From: Oopsacas minuta
Lineage: Eukaryota; Animalia; Porifera
NCBI GenBank assembly: GCA_024704765.1
Contig: JAKMXF010000343.1
Location: 682,001-746,000 of the forward strand
Length of the DNA: 64,000 bases
Reading direction: 5' to 3'
The position numbers and the translations under genes are program-made. Under the pieces are notes generated by a model that worked only from the letters and a program-made list of their open reading frames with translations, did no database searches and had not been told where the DNA came from. Below are positions 1 to 14,100 of the stretch, piece after piece; the stretch's first letter is position 1; each line of letters opens with the position of its first letter.

Positions 1-3000
1 TTCAATTACAAGTTAGTACAAATTCCAATCCTGATGCTTAGGACAAAATCCCAAATTTTTAGGACAAATTCCAGCTATCTTGCTCTAAGCCTAACGGATC
101 AATACCTTGGGCAAGACTATGAATCGAGGTCAGCTTTTAACGTTCGAGATGGCTGTAGCCCCCTAGGCATGGAGCAAGGCTTGCTCTCCGGACAGAAATG
201 TGTCATAGATGATAAATTATATTTTTCATTAGTTATGAAGGAAGGTCCAACGGATTGAATAATTATTAGGTTAGCTCTCGATCATTTAGGGATGCAAGGT
301 TGGATTCTGTTAGCCTGTTAATCGGTTAACCGAAAAGTGTCATTTCCACCAATATATTCAATGTTCCTTGGGGTTTGGAAGTACGAAATTATATTTAAAC
401 GAATTTTGCTAGTTCGGTATTTATTAGATGCTACATTTTAGTTCCATATTCTAAAATTTCAATCATTCGAAAAGATATAATCGCATCACGATTGCATATA
501 TAATAGTAGTGTATTAATATTTTCTATTTTAGTCACAAAACGCCATTGATTGTATTAAAGAATAATTGCAGCAATTAACTGGTTAACCTCTATTATCGAA
601 AGGTTTTAACTGCCTCCTTCATTGGGTTAACCAACCCCAGCCCTGAGGGGTGGTAAATTTTCAATTTTGGCAGTTTCGTTCCCCATGGCCGCCTAACCTT
701 GCTCCTGAACGGATTGCTGACTTATGTATTCTATAGGATGGTAAAATATTGCAGAAAATATCCAGCCGACAAACTGGTAGTAGTGCAGCTCAGGTTTATG
801 TATTTCAAATTCTATTGATAAAATTCCGAATAATTATCATACAATGACCCCCTGTCTAACTTTTAACGAAATCTCTAGCATCAATTAGAAATATGTTCAA
901 AAAATGTGAAAATATGATAAATCTAATAGATTTATATTTGAAAATGAAAATTTTGTAACCTATATACTCTACTACCCCTTACTAGCAGTTAAAATGAAAT
1001 CTCTAGTATGATTTGAAAAATAGACCAGAAGGTGTGAAATATGACTAATCATATGATAAATCATTTAGATGTAGATTTAGAAATGTCAAAATTTAAATCT
1101 ACATACTCAATGACCCTTACTAACAGTTAGAACGAATCTCTACCATGATTTTGAATAATATACGAAAAGGTGTGAAAATATGATTATTCATATGATAAAA
1201 CTGTGAATTTGTAACTTTCAGACTCTGAAATTCTCAAAATCGGACTCTACGCACCCAATTTCTCCTTGACAACATGTTGAAACCTAATCTCTAGCTTGCT
1301 TTTGTATTTTACATAGAAAGGTGTGAAATATTCCCTTTAAAAATAATCATACCCGTCGCGCAAATCTCCGACCCAAAATGTATATGTAAGCTAATTTTAA
1401 TGTTGATTCAACTGCTAGATTTCGCTTGGCCGCGCGGACGGACGGCCATGCCATTGGGGCATCTCCCTATAGGAGCAGCACTAAAACTGCAAACGTAACA
1501 ATTCCAAAATTATCCACGGTGTGATGACATAAAATCTTTGTATTGAATTTGAAGAGATGTACAAGTACATGTTTTGATAGATATTAAGTTGGACTATATT
1601 TTTCAAACATTATACAGTAGATTTGAGTAAGACGAGACCTGAATTTTGTTCTTTTCCTTATATAAAACCTTACTAAATACACTTCCCCCGACAATAATAT
1701 ACGGTTCGACAGTGGAAACTTCGTTACAAAATTCATCTTAAGAAAAAGAATGTTAAAGAATCATGGCGATGGAAAGCCCAACCGTTTGAGGTTCAACTGT
1801 GGCGCTCCCAGGGTGGCGCAAACGAGGCATGTGCCCGGTCAGGCCTCGGTTTTTCCCGATCCTCAGACCTCCACTGCCCATTATATGATAACATTTTGCA
1901 CCGCGTTTGAAATCTTGGGACCGCTCCTGGAGTTCAATTAAGTGTAACTTAGATATTTATTGAACAAAGACTCAAATCATAAATTTAGCTTCGGTCTCCT
2001 GAAAATTTGCTCGACTTTTCTTGTTTACATCCTGCATCCTCTTCTTTTTATTGTCTAGACTCTAGAGGTAGCCCTTGGGTTTTAGCAACAGCATCTGTGA
2101 GATATGTTGAATAATTCGGAAAGAAGCTAGGAACTGCGAATTTCCGAAGCTCAAAACCACTTTTCACGAGTTTCAACATGAGTAGGAAAGGAAAAGTAGG
2201 CACGAATGAACCACCTTGACTGTGATAATCCGACTTACAACCAGGCACTACACGTTTTTTTATAAGGAACCCCAGGCAGAGATTGGACAAAATTTAGGAA
2301 CTCTTAAGGAACTGCTAAACCTGAGATTAGATATTGATATTTATGAGTACGTCGTTATAGACTATAATTAATTCAATTTTGTCTATATCCTCCCAGTTAT
2401 CATATTTACTCAATGAATGAGTAAATAATCAAGTAACTGAGTAGTGTGAATAGTTCAGAGATGGAAATGGTTTAGATTTTCAATCCCAGCTAACAATATA
2501 TACAAGTAAAATGGGAAAATAAAATCATGAAAGTATGGATTAAATATTATGGCCATAAAACATATTGAATAGTATTGTTTGCTGTACTATGTCTTTGGAT
2601 AGGATAATGATTGGAATAGTATTTTCCCTAATGAATAACTAAAATATGCACCTTCGGGGTTGTCTATCAGGCAATATTTGTCGTTATATAAATATGACAC
2701 AGAGACAAAATTTCAGAAATGCATTAAGTATGAATGTTTTAATGTATTACGAATGTAAAATTTTCAAACTGAGACATTATTTTACGGTTTAGGTAGAACC
2801 TGATAATAGGTGAATTTGCACCGCAGAGGAATGAAAATTTTTAGAAATCTGCCCGAATATTTTTCAATTCAAAAACATCATTAAACAGATTTCCCTAAAT
2901 CCTATATATAATGTACATAAGTAGGCAGGTATGCGATAATCACTCAGTATTTGACGAAAAAGAAGTTAGCAGCCAATTAAAATTAAAAAAACGTGTTCAC

Positions 3001-3055
3001 TTCAATCGTTTATTTGACCGACTTACCGTATAGCTAGAGAAAAAACTTTGTTANA

Positions 3056-3087
3056 CATACATACATACATACATACATACATACATA
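3056..3087. repeat. (CATA)8 microsatellite next to an N
   Basis: Direct reading; N at 3054. Confidence 0.95.
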
Positions 3088-3088
3088 C

Positions 3089-3107
3089 CTGTCTCTTATA
3101 CACATCT
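3089..3107 (+). other. Tn5/Nextera mosaic-end adapter (library contamination)
   Basis: Exact 19-mer CTGTCTCTTATACACATCT, 35 bp from the N and directly after a microsatellite. Confidence 0.95.
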
Positions 3108-5118
3108 GATAAATTATAACTATAAGCACTCATACCATCTGTATGATGAGTTGAAAGAGATCCTTCAGAATAAAACTTGACCACTATGCGATTATTTAAA
3201 TAATTCTTACTCTCAATTTAAAAACATATGCTCTACAATTTGGGAATTACACTCTGCTCCAGCCAGTACCGTAACTACTTTATGTAGGCCCCCGCCTAAT
3301 CAGTCTATACATTTTGAAGGTGTTCTGAAGAGAAATAACTTCAAGAATTAACCTCAAAGTTAGAATTCGTAATACACAAAACCTGAGAATCTATCGGTTT
3401 TTACAGGCCGTTGCTGGTGATAATTTGTAGTGTTTCACGAAAATATCGCTATTGTTATAAACGTCTATGACTCAACTATCGATTAACACAAAAATAATTG
3501 AAATTCAGTCGGATTTAGAGTAAGAAACATGAGTTTGAATTGACCCTACTTTATGTAGAATATGATTCATCCCCTACCACTCTCACTCCCACATTAAAAT
3601 TTGAATCCCTCTAACCGCGAGTTTTTAATATTTATTAATGATATTTAATTTTCATAAACATCCATATCACTAAAGTATGTTTATATAATTTCAGAATGGA
3701 ATTCTGACTTTTGGGTGAGTAAATTCAAGGAAGTCGTGACACTAAAAATATTCACCAAAAAAGGTAACTAAAAGCAAAGGTTTTTAAAATCAAAACATAT
3801 TGCTTAAAAACGTTAAACTCTCCTCTTTCCAATGATACTGATTTCTTTTAAATCTGATGAGTATAAGTGAGTTAAATTAGTGACTGAAGTGAGCCTAGTC
3901 TTACTTCTTTGTTGAATTTTTCAAAATAAAATATTTCCAAAAGTAGTATATATTTTTAAAAGAAATTTTAGACACATAATCCACCACTCAATAGTATGTA
4001 GAAGAAAACTTGTTTCAAAATAATAATGAGAAGCCGGTCAAATAACACATTATAGTTGACATGAATGGAAAATTTTCAAAACCTCAATGCTAAGTTATCA
4101 CACATATTTTACAATTCTGATTACATTTTCTTAATCCACCGACGCTATACTTTCGAATAATAACAAAGTTTTTTCTCTAGCTATACGGTAAGTCGGTCAA
4201 ATAAACGATTGAAGTGAACACGTTTTTTTAATTTTAATTGGCTGCTAACTTCTTTTTCGTCAGTATTTGCAAGAACTATTATTATCATCCTCTTATACAT
4301 TAGGGACTAGATTAGGATAGATGGACCCAGGCCCCCGCACAACCTAAATCCGCCCTGATTCTATGTATATTTTATTACCATTTATCCGCAATAGGCGATT
4401 GACTATTCATGAATAATACAATTTTGATATGTTATTAGCTCTAATAAGCTAATGGTTAATACATTACTGCGCCATATACTTTGATTGCCCATATTTGTTA
4501 AGCTACTTTGCTTGTACTTTCCCGCGATCGAGAATTACCCGACCAGGCATATATGTTTCTATTACTGTACCTTCTATTGGGAGATGTGGTCAGAGTGGAT
4601 TACAAATAAACCACGTTCAAAGAGGCACTTCCGAAATTCAACAAGCATTCCAGATACATTTCACTGTATTCGATTGATTGATTTTCCTATGGTTTTAATG
4701 TGTTCTTTAGAATCTCAGAAACGTGACACAAGTGAATACTCAGATGACTCGCATTTCTGAGGTTTACATGGCCATTTTTCCAATATTTGAAAATACCTCA
4801 GATTTCGGGAAACTAATTATCCCAATTTGTTGCCTAGCCATATGAGACCGTAAATTTCATCAAAATGATTTTTTTTAGAGGGTGTTAATAAATATTAATT
4901 CACAAGTCCTGGAGCCTTTTTCTGGTCCAGGGCGCTTATTCAGGGAAATATGGTTTATCTTTATGTATCATGTGGGCTGTTGCATGAGATTTACTACAAG
5001 AGAATGAAGCCCTGGATGGTCGGCCGATCGAGAATGATGTATTGATCATGGATCATAAAGGGTGTCAATGTATTTAATATCTGTTTACACTAAATTTACT
5101 TTATCTTCAAATTTTTAG

Positions 5119-5388
5119 ATTGGACTTTGGATTTCGAAAAACAGTCTTGGAAGTGTGAGTAGGTCCCCGAGTGCTATCGATGAGTCTTGTCCAGAAACCG
5201 TTTCTAAAGACGATTCAACCTCACAAAGATCTCAAAATACGAATGCGCCTGATTTGAAAGCTGAGAAAGAAACAATTTCAGCACAAAATGTACAAACACC
5301 AACAAAACCAGATGGAACTAACGCGAATTCCGAAAATATCAATAGCAACAATAATAATAGTAATAATGTGATCAACATGACTATTTAA
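5119..5388 (+). CDS. Possible terminal exon of an unidentified gene (low-complexity S/T/N-rich tail)
   Basis: Pyrimidine tract plus AG at 5117-5118, then an open frame to TAA at 5386-5388. No recognisable domain. An alternative frame ends at 5163. Confidence 0.3.
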   Translation: MGLWISKNSLGSVSRSPSAIDESCPETVSKDDSTSQRSQNTNAPDLKAEKETISAQNVQTPTKPDGTNANSENINSNNNNSNNVINMTI

Positions 5389-6362
5389 ACATCTATTCAT
5401 GCCTATCATAGATTGTGGATATCTTTTGTTTGCTTTGTAACTAATTATTGGACAAGTTAGGTAGTATATATCCTAGTATGTAATTTAGCTTATTTGTACT
5501 TGCTTTTCGCTCATTTTACTCTTGTTGCTTGAAATCAGTTTCTTGTACTTGATTCACCTTGAATGTACTATTAAATGTATTTTCTCATTATTTTAGGCTC
5601 TCAGGGGTGGATCCAGGATGTTTTCTAATGGGGGTTTCCATTCATGACAACCTTAATGCATACCATCGCGGGACAGATCAATGCAATTTCGTGTTACGAA
5701 TAACCTGTATACTGGTTCCACTGTATAACAACACAATATTGTATATATTTACTCCCAAGTAATATTTTGAAATTTCGTGGATTTGTTGGGCCTAGAGCCC
5801 TTCGCGACATCTTGCGAAGCGCTCTAGCCCAAACAAGTGGAATATACTCGGCACTACGTGTATCGAAATCACCGAATAGTTAAAATTTAAAGATCAAATT
5901 ATCCATGGTACATCCAAATTACATTGGATGCCCTACTGTGGTGTCACTGGAGGTACAATTTCGCTTTTGGTTAGCAATCTCGGTACTTTGTACCTCGGGT
6001 ATTAAGAAATTCTAAATTTTTCGAAATGTGGAAAATTTTGATTATTTTGTATAGTCATGATGAGTTAGCTTTTGGTCAGAAACATGAAGTCATGTCACAT
6101 TGAACGATGCCGGTGATTCAAATTTCAAAATTATATCATTATAATGACTGAGTAGTGGTTGGTATAATGTGAATTTTCAAAAATGGTGACAATGAAGTTT
6201 CTTCATAGGTGTGAATTTTTGTGCAAAACTCGAAATTGTCCGAGCCAGGCCAGAAATACCCCTGAATGCCAAAAATCAGCCCCGGGAGTCTTGCAGTTTC
6301 TTCAATCAATTCTGGACATACAAACATATATATCTATACTATTAAAACGCAATTAATCTATA

Positions 6363-6490
6363 CTAGCGTGTTCGCTTGAGAGATCGCTGCGCGACAGCTT
6401 AGTAGCTCAGGTTACATTAAGTATAACAGATCAATTTCTTAGTTCTTTTGGTCGCTACGCGACGGGATAACTCAGCACTTCGTGCCTCGG
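6363..6490. repeat. Dispersed ~130-bp repeat; other copies at ~7010-7125 (inverted) and ~60243-60350
   Basis: Shared core 'gtcgctg(c/t)(g/a)cgacagc..ctcagg(t/c)tagcttaag..aacagcta..cttttggt' in three places. Class not determined. Confidence 0.55.
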
Positions 6491-8140
6491 TTTTATGGGG
6501 GCGTGTCGTTAGTCCAATTTTTTTGTGGTGTTTGCGTGAGTTGGATCTGGAGCAGACTGTGAGTTGCTGAGAGCATTTAGATTCAAAACAACAAAAGTAA
6601 ATGACAATATTCCCTCGGGACGAAATTTTCTGTGAATGCATGCATTCGATTACCAAAAATTTGAACTAATACCGATTTCATATTTGGACTAATGCATGCG
6701 CCTCGGTTTTATAATATAGCAGAAACTTTATTTTATTATCCATGGTCCATCGAAATTCTATTGAATGGCTTTCTGTGGTGAGCCTGGAGATGCTATGTCG
6801 CTTATGGTTATTAATCTCGGCACTTCGTGCCTACAGTATGGAAAAATTCTGAAATTTTGATATTTTGAGATATTCATACTCTTCGAGACCCGAAGTGCCC
6901 AGATTACTAACCTAAAGTCGCGTAGAAATTCCAGTATTACCACAAAAGGCCATTAAACGGTATTTGGGTGGACCATGGATGTTGAAAATATAATATTTCT
7001 ACAAAAATTAACCCTGAGACACGTAGTGCCCCGTCGGCTAGCCACCAAAAGCATCAAGAAATGTAGCTGTTTCATACTTAAGCTAGCCTGAGGCCCCAAG
7101 CTGTCGCACAGCGACCTTAGATATCCGGATTAATTCTAGGCTCCTGTGTCTGAGCAAGATTTCAGGTTACTATACTATACCTAGCAACTAGCATTCATTC
7201 TTTTGCCTATGTTCACTATCTTGACATCCCAACTACTAGTCCCCTATTATACAATATCATGTTTTGTCCAAGTATATAATACTTTGGATAATTATCCCTC
7301 AATTACCCCTGTCTAACCGTTGAACCGAATTCTATTCCATCATTATGAATTATTAGCCAAAGGTGTGAAATATGATTAATCATATAATAAATAATTATAT
7401 CTATAAATAATTATAGTCATGCGACAATTTCGAAATTGCATACCTAAATCCTTTCCTTGACAACGGACAAACAAACAAACAAACAAACAGACAAACAACA
7501 ATTGAGATTTCATAATATAGATTTTCCTTGTATTGCCAATGCATATTAGAATAATCAATTAAATATAATCAATTCGATGAATACGAGAAAACATCAGTAC
7601 TTTTGACTGACATCATATTGAAAAATGATCCGGTACCTTGGGTATGAATCTTTTCTAAAGTGAATATTTTACACCTTTTTGCACATATTTCAAATAGATG
7701 CTAGAGATTTCGTTTCAAAGGTTAGGGACAGGGATAATTGTAGGATAATTTTTCGGAATTTACCCATAGGATTTGAGGATAGAACATAAAGTACATTAGG
7801 GGACAAATCTATTATTAAATCTCAATTGTTGTTTGTCTGTTGTTTGTCCATTGTCAAGGAAAGTATTTACCGTATGAAATTTTGAAATTGTCTCATAACT
7901 ATATATTTCTCGTGTTTATCATCGAAGTAAATAGAATTCAATAATACTCCACTAAATATATCGAACATGCTGAATCCGATTTTCACAATTTTGGATTAAT
8001 CATATTTAAATTTATTGCTGTTTATGAATATAAAGTAAAGAAATTATTAGCAAAATCTCAAATTTTACGTAGATACTGCTCTCAATGGCTACAAAGAGGT
8101 GTGATCTTACAAAATAATTCAATAATATATATGCCATATA

Positions 8141-9449
8141 CAGGGTGACAAATATGTTCTGCTCCATTGAAAATTTATTATAACTAAACCATGAACTAAG
8201 ATATTGACTTGAAATTAAGCTATAACTTAGTAAACTAAATATAGATTCATGATATATTCAATTGTTCGATATAGCCTCCTTTTTTTTGATGACAGCTCTT
8301 AGCCGCTTGGGGACGGACTCGACAGCGGCGCGCAACTTTTCCTGCGGGATTTTGCCCATTCTCGGGATAAAGAAGTTTTTAGAGACTTGATACTCTTGTG
8401 GGAAGTAGCGCACGCATTTGTCTCCAATATCGACCGCAACGAGAAGTCCATCGGGTTAAGATCTGGGCTGGAAGGAGGCCATTCCTCCTTGGAGATGAAG
8501 TCTGGGATATTGTTTCGTAACCACTGTTGTTTGACTTTCGCTGTGTGGGCTGACGCACCGTCTGGCTGGAATAAAAATGGACGATTATTGAACATGGTCT
8601 TACCAAGGCCTCTCACTATTGGGTCTAAAACGAGCTCCTGATATTTAACAGCGTTTATTTTTACGCCCGGTGGGATGAGAACCAGTGGGTTACGGCCTTT
8701 AGCGGACACCCCCGCCAAACCATCACTGACTGTGGATGCTGAACTCTTTGGACGCATCGATACTCTTGTGGTGTGGAAGATGGAGAAGAGGACAATACTC
8801 GATCGTCTTGACGATTGTACGCCTGCTCGACCGTGAATAATTTCTCATCCGAGAATAAAATTTCATGAAGGCCAAAACTTGCGAGCCGGGCGAGTAAGGC
8901 TTTGTTCCTGGCTAGTCTCTTTTCTTTAATCTATGCCGAAATAAAGTGAACCTTCCTATTTTTGTAAGGAAATAGGCCCATATCGCTCTTCACAATTGTT
9001 CGGACCGATTCTCTTGATATTTTGAGTTCTAGCGCCATTTTTCGCATCGAACGTTGCGAATTTCGCTGAATCCGACTACGGATAACTTTTCCCTTCTGGG
9101 TAGTGGTCGCAGATGTTGGACGTCCACTTCTCTGCCTGTCTGAGGTACTAGCAGTGTCCTTATATCTTTAATAGTACGATATATCAATTTCCTGCGCGAC
9201 TTGGGGATATTGAGAATCTTCAATATTTCGCTTTTGGATTTCCCTTGCAAATATAAATTAACAAATAGCCACCCTATTCTTCTCCATTTTGCCTAGAATC
9301 TTTTAGCTTGTTCAGAATGTACAGATTACCATTGAATACTTTAAATATATACATAGTTACTTATCTTACACTATAACAGTTCAATCTGGTTCTTTAATAA
9401 GGAACTACACTACATCAAACATATGGGACAGAACTTATTTGTCACCCTG
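8141..9449 (-). mobile_element. Full-length, defective maT/DD37D (Tc1/mariner) transposon
   Basis: ~27-bp TIRs CAGGGTGACAAATA(T/A)GTTCTG, TA on both sides. Transposase from ATG 9287 with ILFSDEK, FQPDGASAH and WPPSSPDLNPMD; 37 residues between second and third catalytic D. Several frameshifts and a stop. Confidence 0.92.
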
Positions 9450-11065
9450 TATGTATATTGTGATTACATTGTTCTAAATATATCTATATTTTAATACTTA
9501 AAGACGCCTTCAATTGGGAGAATAATGGATAATTCGAGGCGCAATGCGCCCAGTTCATCGCGAAGCGACGAGCCAAAGGCTTGTAACATTGAATAACCTG
9601 AAATATTTATCAGATCCATGAGCACGAAGTTAATCGGACCCGGTTCACTGCGGCATTTATAGCGGGTCAGGGGTCATGCTCTCCCCTGAAAAGAAAAAAA
9701 TATTTAACCCTGAGCTGCACTATCAGCCTGTCGGTTGGACATTTTAAATTTCATTTGTGAAGTAATTTTGCAAAAAACTGGGAGAGCGAAGCTCTCTCAC
9801 TTTTTGTAAAAGAGCCCGGTATGGCCGGAGCCTCTCTTTGCTATTGTAATACAGCAAAATATGGTCTCATTATTCTATTATCACATAAGGTGGAACATAT
9901 AGAATATATTGGAGCTTAATTAGTCAATACTGTGGATGCCGTTTATTATCATACCTCTTAATAGAATAACCCCCATATTTTCATAAAATTTCAAATTCAA
10001 GACCATTTTCATTACTTCATGAATTAAAATCGGTTATTCTCATATCCCGGATATTGTCATACAAATGTGGTCAGATTTGGAATCCTTCCGGAAAAATATC
10101 ATATAATGGAACATGAATTCGAGTTTGAAGGTGAATTGTCGAATTCTATTAGGAATAAACACGTGGAAATATACTGTACATAAGTGAACAGTGTGAAGTG
10201 ACCAAGGACGGATTCAATTCAGAATTAATTCCTTCAATTCCCATTCCGAAGTCATATTTTCGGAATTAATTCTCATTATCAGCCCTTTAATTCCAGGAAT
10301 CAAGGGCTTAATTCCCATTCCCATTCCTTGGAATCAGAATTAATTCCGATTCTCCGCCCATAAATTACAGGAGTCATGGACTTAAATCCCATTCCCATTC
10401 TGAATGGGAATGGAGCTGGAAATAAATCCCAATTCCATTCATGAATTGAACCCATTACTGGGCCACTGTGAACAATTTCGTTTGCATTTAGTTGTGTCTA
10501 CATGTATTGCCATTTAGTACTTAACAAGTACATAGCACCTATTATGTATACGAATTGTATCAACAGATTTTCCGGGATAATGTCACTTTCGCACGAGAAG
10601 TATGACATTAAGCGGGATCCATTGTAATTCTAACTGCTATGACGCAATCAAAATTCACATATTACTGAATTTGTGCATGATTTTCGTTCTTAAGCTGAGA
10701 TATTAACGTAATTACTTTCTAAATATCAATTGTTGAGACAAAACCAAAAAGGTTCATTGTTATACGTACCTATAAAATGACATGTCAGTTTTGATTGGAA
10801 GCGAAGAAAGACTCAGTTCTTACGATTTAAAGGATTAGTCTAATGTACTGTTGTTTTATCGCCAATTTTGCTATATATATTGATAATAATTTTTATTGTG
10901 TCATTGTGGTTAGAATTACTGGCTAATTAAGCTCAAAAGTTTCCAGAATTTCGCCGGATACCACGATCATTCCAGAAGATAATTTATATATATCAGGGTG
11001 GATGCCTTGCCTTAGTTGACCTATAGGCCATAGGTTAATCCGCGCCTACCCTTGACGGCTGGCAG

Positions 11066-11169
11066 GTATGGTATATGTGTATTATCTGTATTTGTTTGAA
11101 TTCCCTTTGAAATACATTCCTATTAATTATATTCAATATGCTCTAATCATTATATTACTTGTCTTGTAG
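11066..11169 (+). other. Predicted 104-nt 5'-UTR intron of the TRPM gene
   Basis: CAG|GTATGG donor, CTCTAAT branch-like motif, pyrimidine tract, TTGTAG acceptor 1 nt before the ATG. The upstream in-frame segment has a stop and no ATG. Confidence 0.6.
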
Positions 11170-11170
11170 A

Positions 11171-14100
11171 ATGGCTCAAGATAACTACTCCACAGTTCAC
11201 GATAACAATACAGAACTTCAACCACTCACAGATAAGCAATCTGACGAACCAAGCTACTACACAAGCGAAAATACTCTATCCTGGTGTGTTGACCCCTGTA
11301 CTCCGTGTGAAAACGAAAAATGGAAGATACCTTTTGCAGTTGGTAAAAGTAACTATTTGAATTGTCATCTTGGAAAAACAGCTAAACACACAAAACAGCA
11401 AGTGTACGATGTGCTAGAAGTTCCCATAGAGATAAACCAAGAGAGTGACTATGCTAAGTACGCAGACCAAATAATAAATATTCTAAACCAGCCACATCAG
11501 CATGGTTGGAATCAAATGAAATGGAATTTCGATTCGAGCATTAAATACATGAATATAATTCTCTATATACCAGATGTATTTCAGACCTTATCTACTAACA
11601 ACGTCATGATTCCTAAAACAGCGTTACCTATTCTGGGTAACACACTACATGAACTGATCACTAGGACAAAAGCATGGGTATTCAGCAGTGGAGAATTCAC
11701 TCCCATTTGCAATACTATCGGTGAGGGAGTGTATAAAGCTTCATTACAAGAAAATTCTCTTATCAAAGGACTTAAGAAGAGACTTGAACTGACTGGGTTT
11801 ATGTCTAAATTTGTAGAGAATGCTGAAGAACCTTTCATTAACAGAGAAAATTCTCGTTATTTGCTGGAAGATAAATATTGCGAAAACCTCTCAAATTCTC
11901 TCTCCCCTTTCTCTAACTTACACATCTTAATCAAGTATGGAAAAAAGTACGATCAATTATATGAAAAACTATTGTATAATATAGGTGTGGCACTGAGACT
12001 ACCGACACTGAAAATGATAGCTCGTGTCAATGAGCAAAACCACCTATATGGATTTGACATTGATTTTCTTGACCCTTATACAACACAAGAACACTCAACT
12101 CCCAGTTTTTATGATTTATTTTTGGTGCAGTCAGATCTATTCAGAGTTATTTTATCTAAAGCAGATGACTTCTATCACAGGAATGAGGATTTACTTACAG
12201 GTTGGAATATAGTAACCATGGCAATATTCCTAAATGAGCCTAAAAGAGTAGAACGTGCTGTCGTGAAATCTCACTTCGCTGCCCTCACTGATGAAGCTCA
12301 ACTTGAGAGGATCTTCCGTTATGCGTTAGTTTATGGATCTAGGAAGGTCATTAAAACAATATTTGAAAACGAAACTCTCTCAAAGCTTCTGAGAACGCGA
12401 AGTGAGAAGATTCTAGAACTAACTTTTCAGAAATCATCAAATGAGATTTTCCTCTACAACCGACTAATGATTGCATTGGATATTGTCGATGAACATGGAA
12501 CAAAGAAAAAACAATTCAATTACCTAAACCTGGTAAAAATTACGATACAGAATCTCATATCTCATGGGTTGGTTTGGTTACCGCCTGTGAGAATGTTTGA
12601 TAGAGAGGAAGTGAATCACATTCTCGCATTCTTCCCTGAGTACATCATGGTGTGGGGCGTTATGAGTCAGAGATATGAAGTGATCGAACTATTCTTAAAG
12701 TATTCAGGACTCCATCAACAGTACCTCTCAACTGAGGATGATAATCTCAGTACACAGAAGGGAGTGTATCAGATATGTAATGCATTAGCAATTTCAGCTA
12801 TGTTGAGAGGAGTTGCCAAGAAGTTGAAGCATGATATATCAGTTACAACAGCAGATTTCGATGATCTAATCTCAAACTCTAAGCGGTTTGATATAATAGC
12901 AACTGAACTACTTGACCACGCGTTAACTAAAGATGAAGCTACGTTGAGGACATTGTTAAACACCCACTCTCCTTTCTGGAGTAATAAATCTGCTTTGGAC
13001 ATTGCTTTTATCGGGAAAGCGTATACTTTTCTCAACCACAACGCTGTACAGATATACTTACAACATGTGTGGTCTGGTTATGATACGTTAAGACAGGTTG
13101 AGGGAGAGCGCGTTCACGTCCGTGAGAGGCTTGCTCAGAGTATATTACATCCTCTAAAGCCTTCATCTGTCAGGTTTCTATACATCGTAATTAATACAGC
13201 ACGTACAGGATATTTGCTACATGGTCTTTTCTTCCTCTTTCTGATTATTTGTATAATTTACCTTCTCACAGTGCCCACTACGACATCAAATTATGAGGTC
13301 TATAACTACATGCATATCGATCCTATAGAGTGGGTATTACTGGTTTGCTTATTCGGATTTACTGTAGAAGAACTGAACCAGTATATTACTTCAGTATTGA
13401 AGGATATCATCAGGGTAGGCCTAGCTGAATGGAAAATTGTTTTGAAACTTGTATCTCTTGAATATTTTGACTCAATTTGGAATAAACTTGATCTGATTAT
13501 TATTTTTATGTTCATCATATCAGTGGTCGTTCGAACTCTATCTGTTTTCTATATCGGATTTCCTATTAATTTGCCAAGGCTTATCTATGGTGTAAGTGCT
13601 ATTCCTCTTTTCATCCGAAGTTTCCAACATATTCTGGTTATTAAAGCCATTGGGCCGCTAATTTATACGATATATCAAGCTTCTTTGAAAATGATGAAAT
13701 TTTTGATAATTATTATAATTCTGAGCATTGCAGTTGGAACTCTACAAATCGCGCTTTTGACACCTGCGACTTCAATCAGCATTCGTTTCAGACATTTAAT
13801 CTTTACTCCAATGTACCAGATTTTCGGTGACTACTTTTTTGAAGATTTACAGTCTCATACTTATAAACTTATAGGGACTGCTAATGTAACTTCAGATGGC
13901 ATATTTTGGGAGAGAACCGATTTTCTTATATATTTCACTGTTTCAATTTGGATTCTTATAATCAACGTTCTTATCCTAAATCTAATGATTGCTTATTTTA
14001 CTCGAATTTATGATGACGTTGCTACAATCGCGAAGAGTATTTACATTTGGCAGTTCATTGAGATTGTAAACGAGTTTGATTCTCGTACGATATTCCCACC

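Larger units (their letters stand above)
2952..4262. mobile_element. Non-autonomous long-TIR DNA element, superfamily unassigned; left TIR cut by an assembly gap
   Basis: 2952-3053 is the exact reverse complement of 4161-4262 (102 bp). Flanks give either a 5-bp TSD GTATT with TG..CA ends or a 7-bp TSD AGTATTT with GACG..CGTC ends. No coding capacity seen. Confidence 0.7.
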
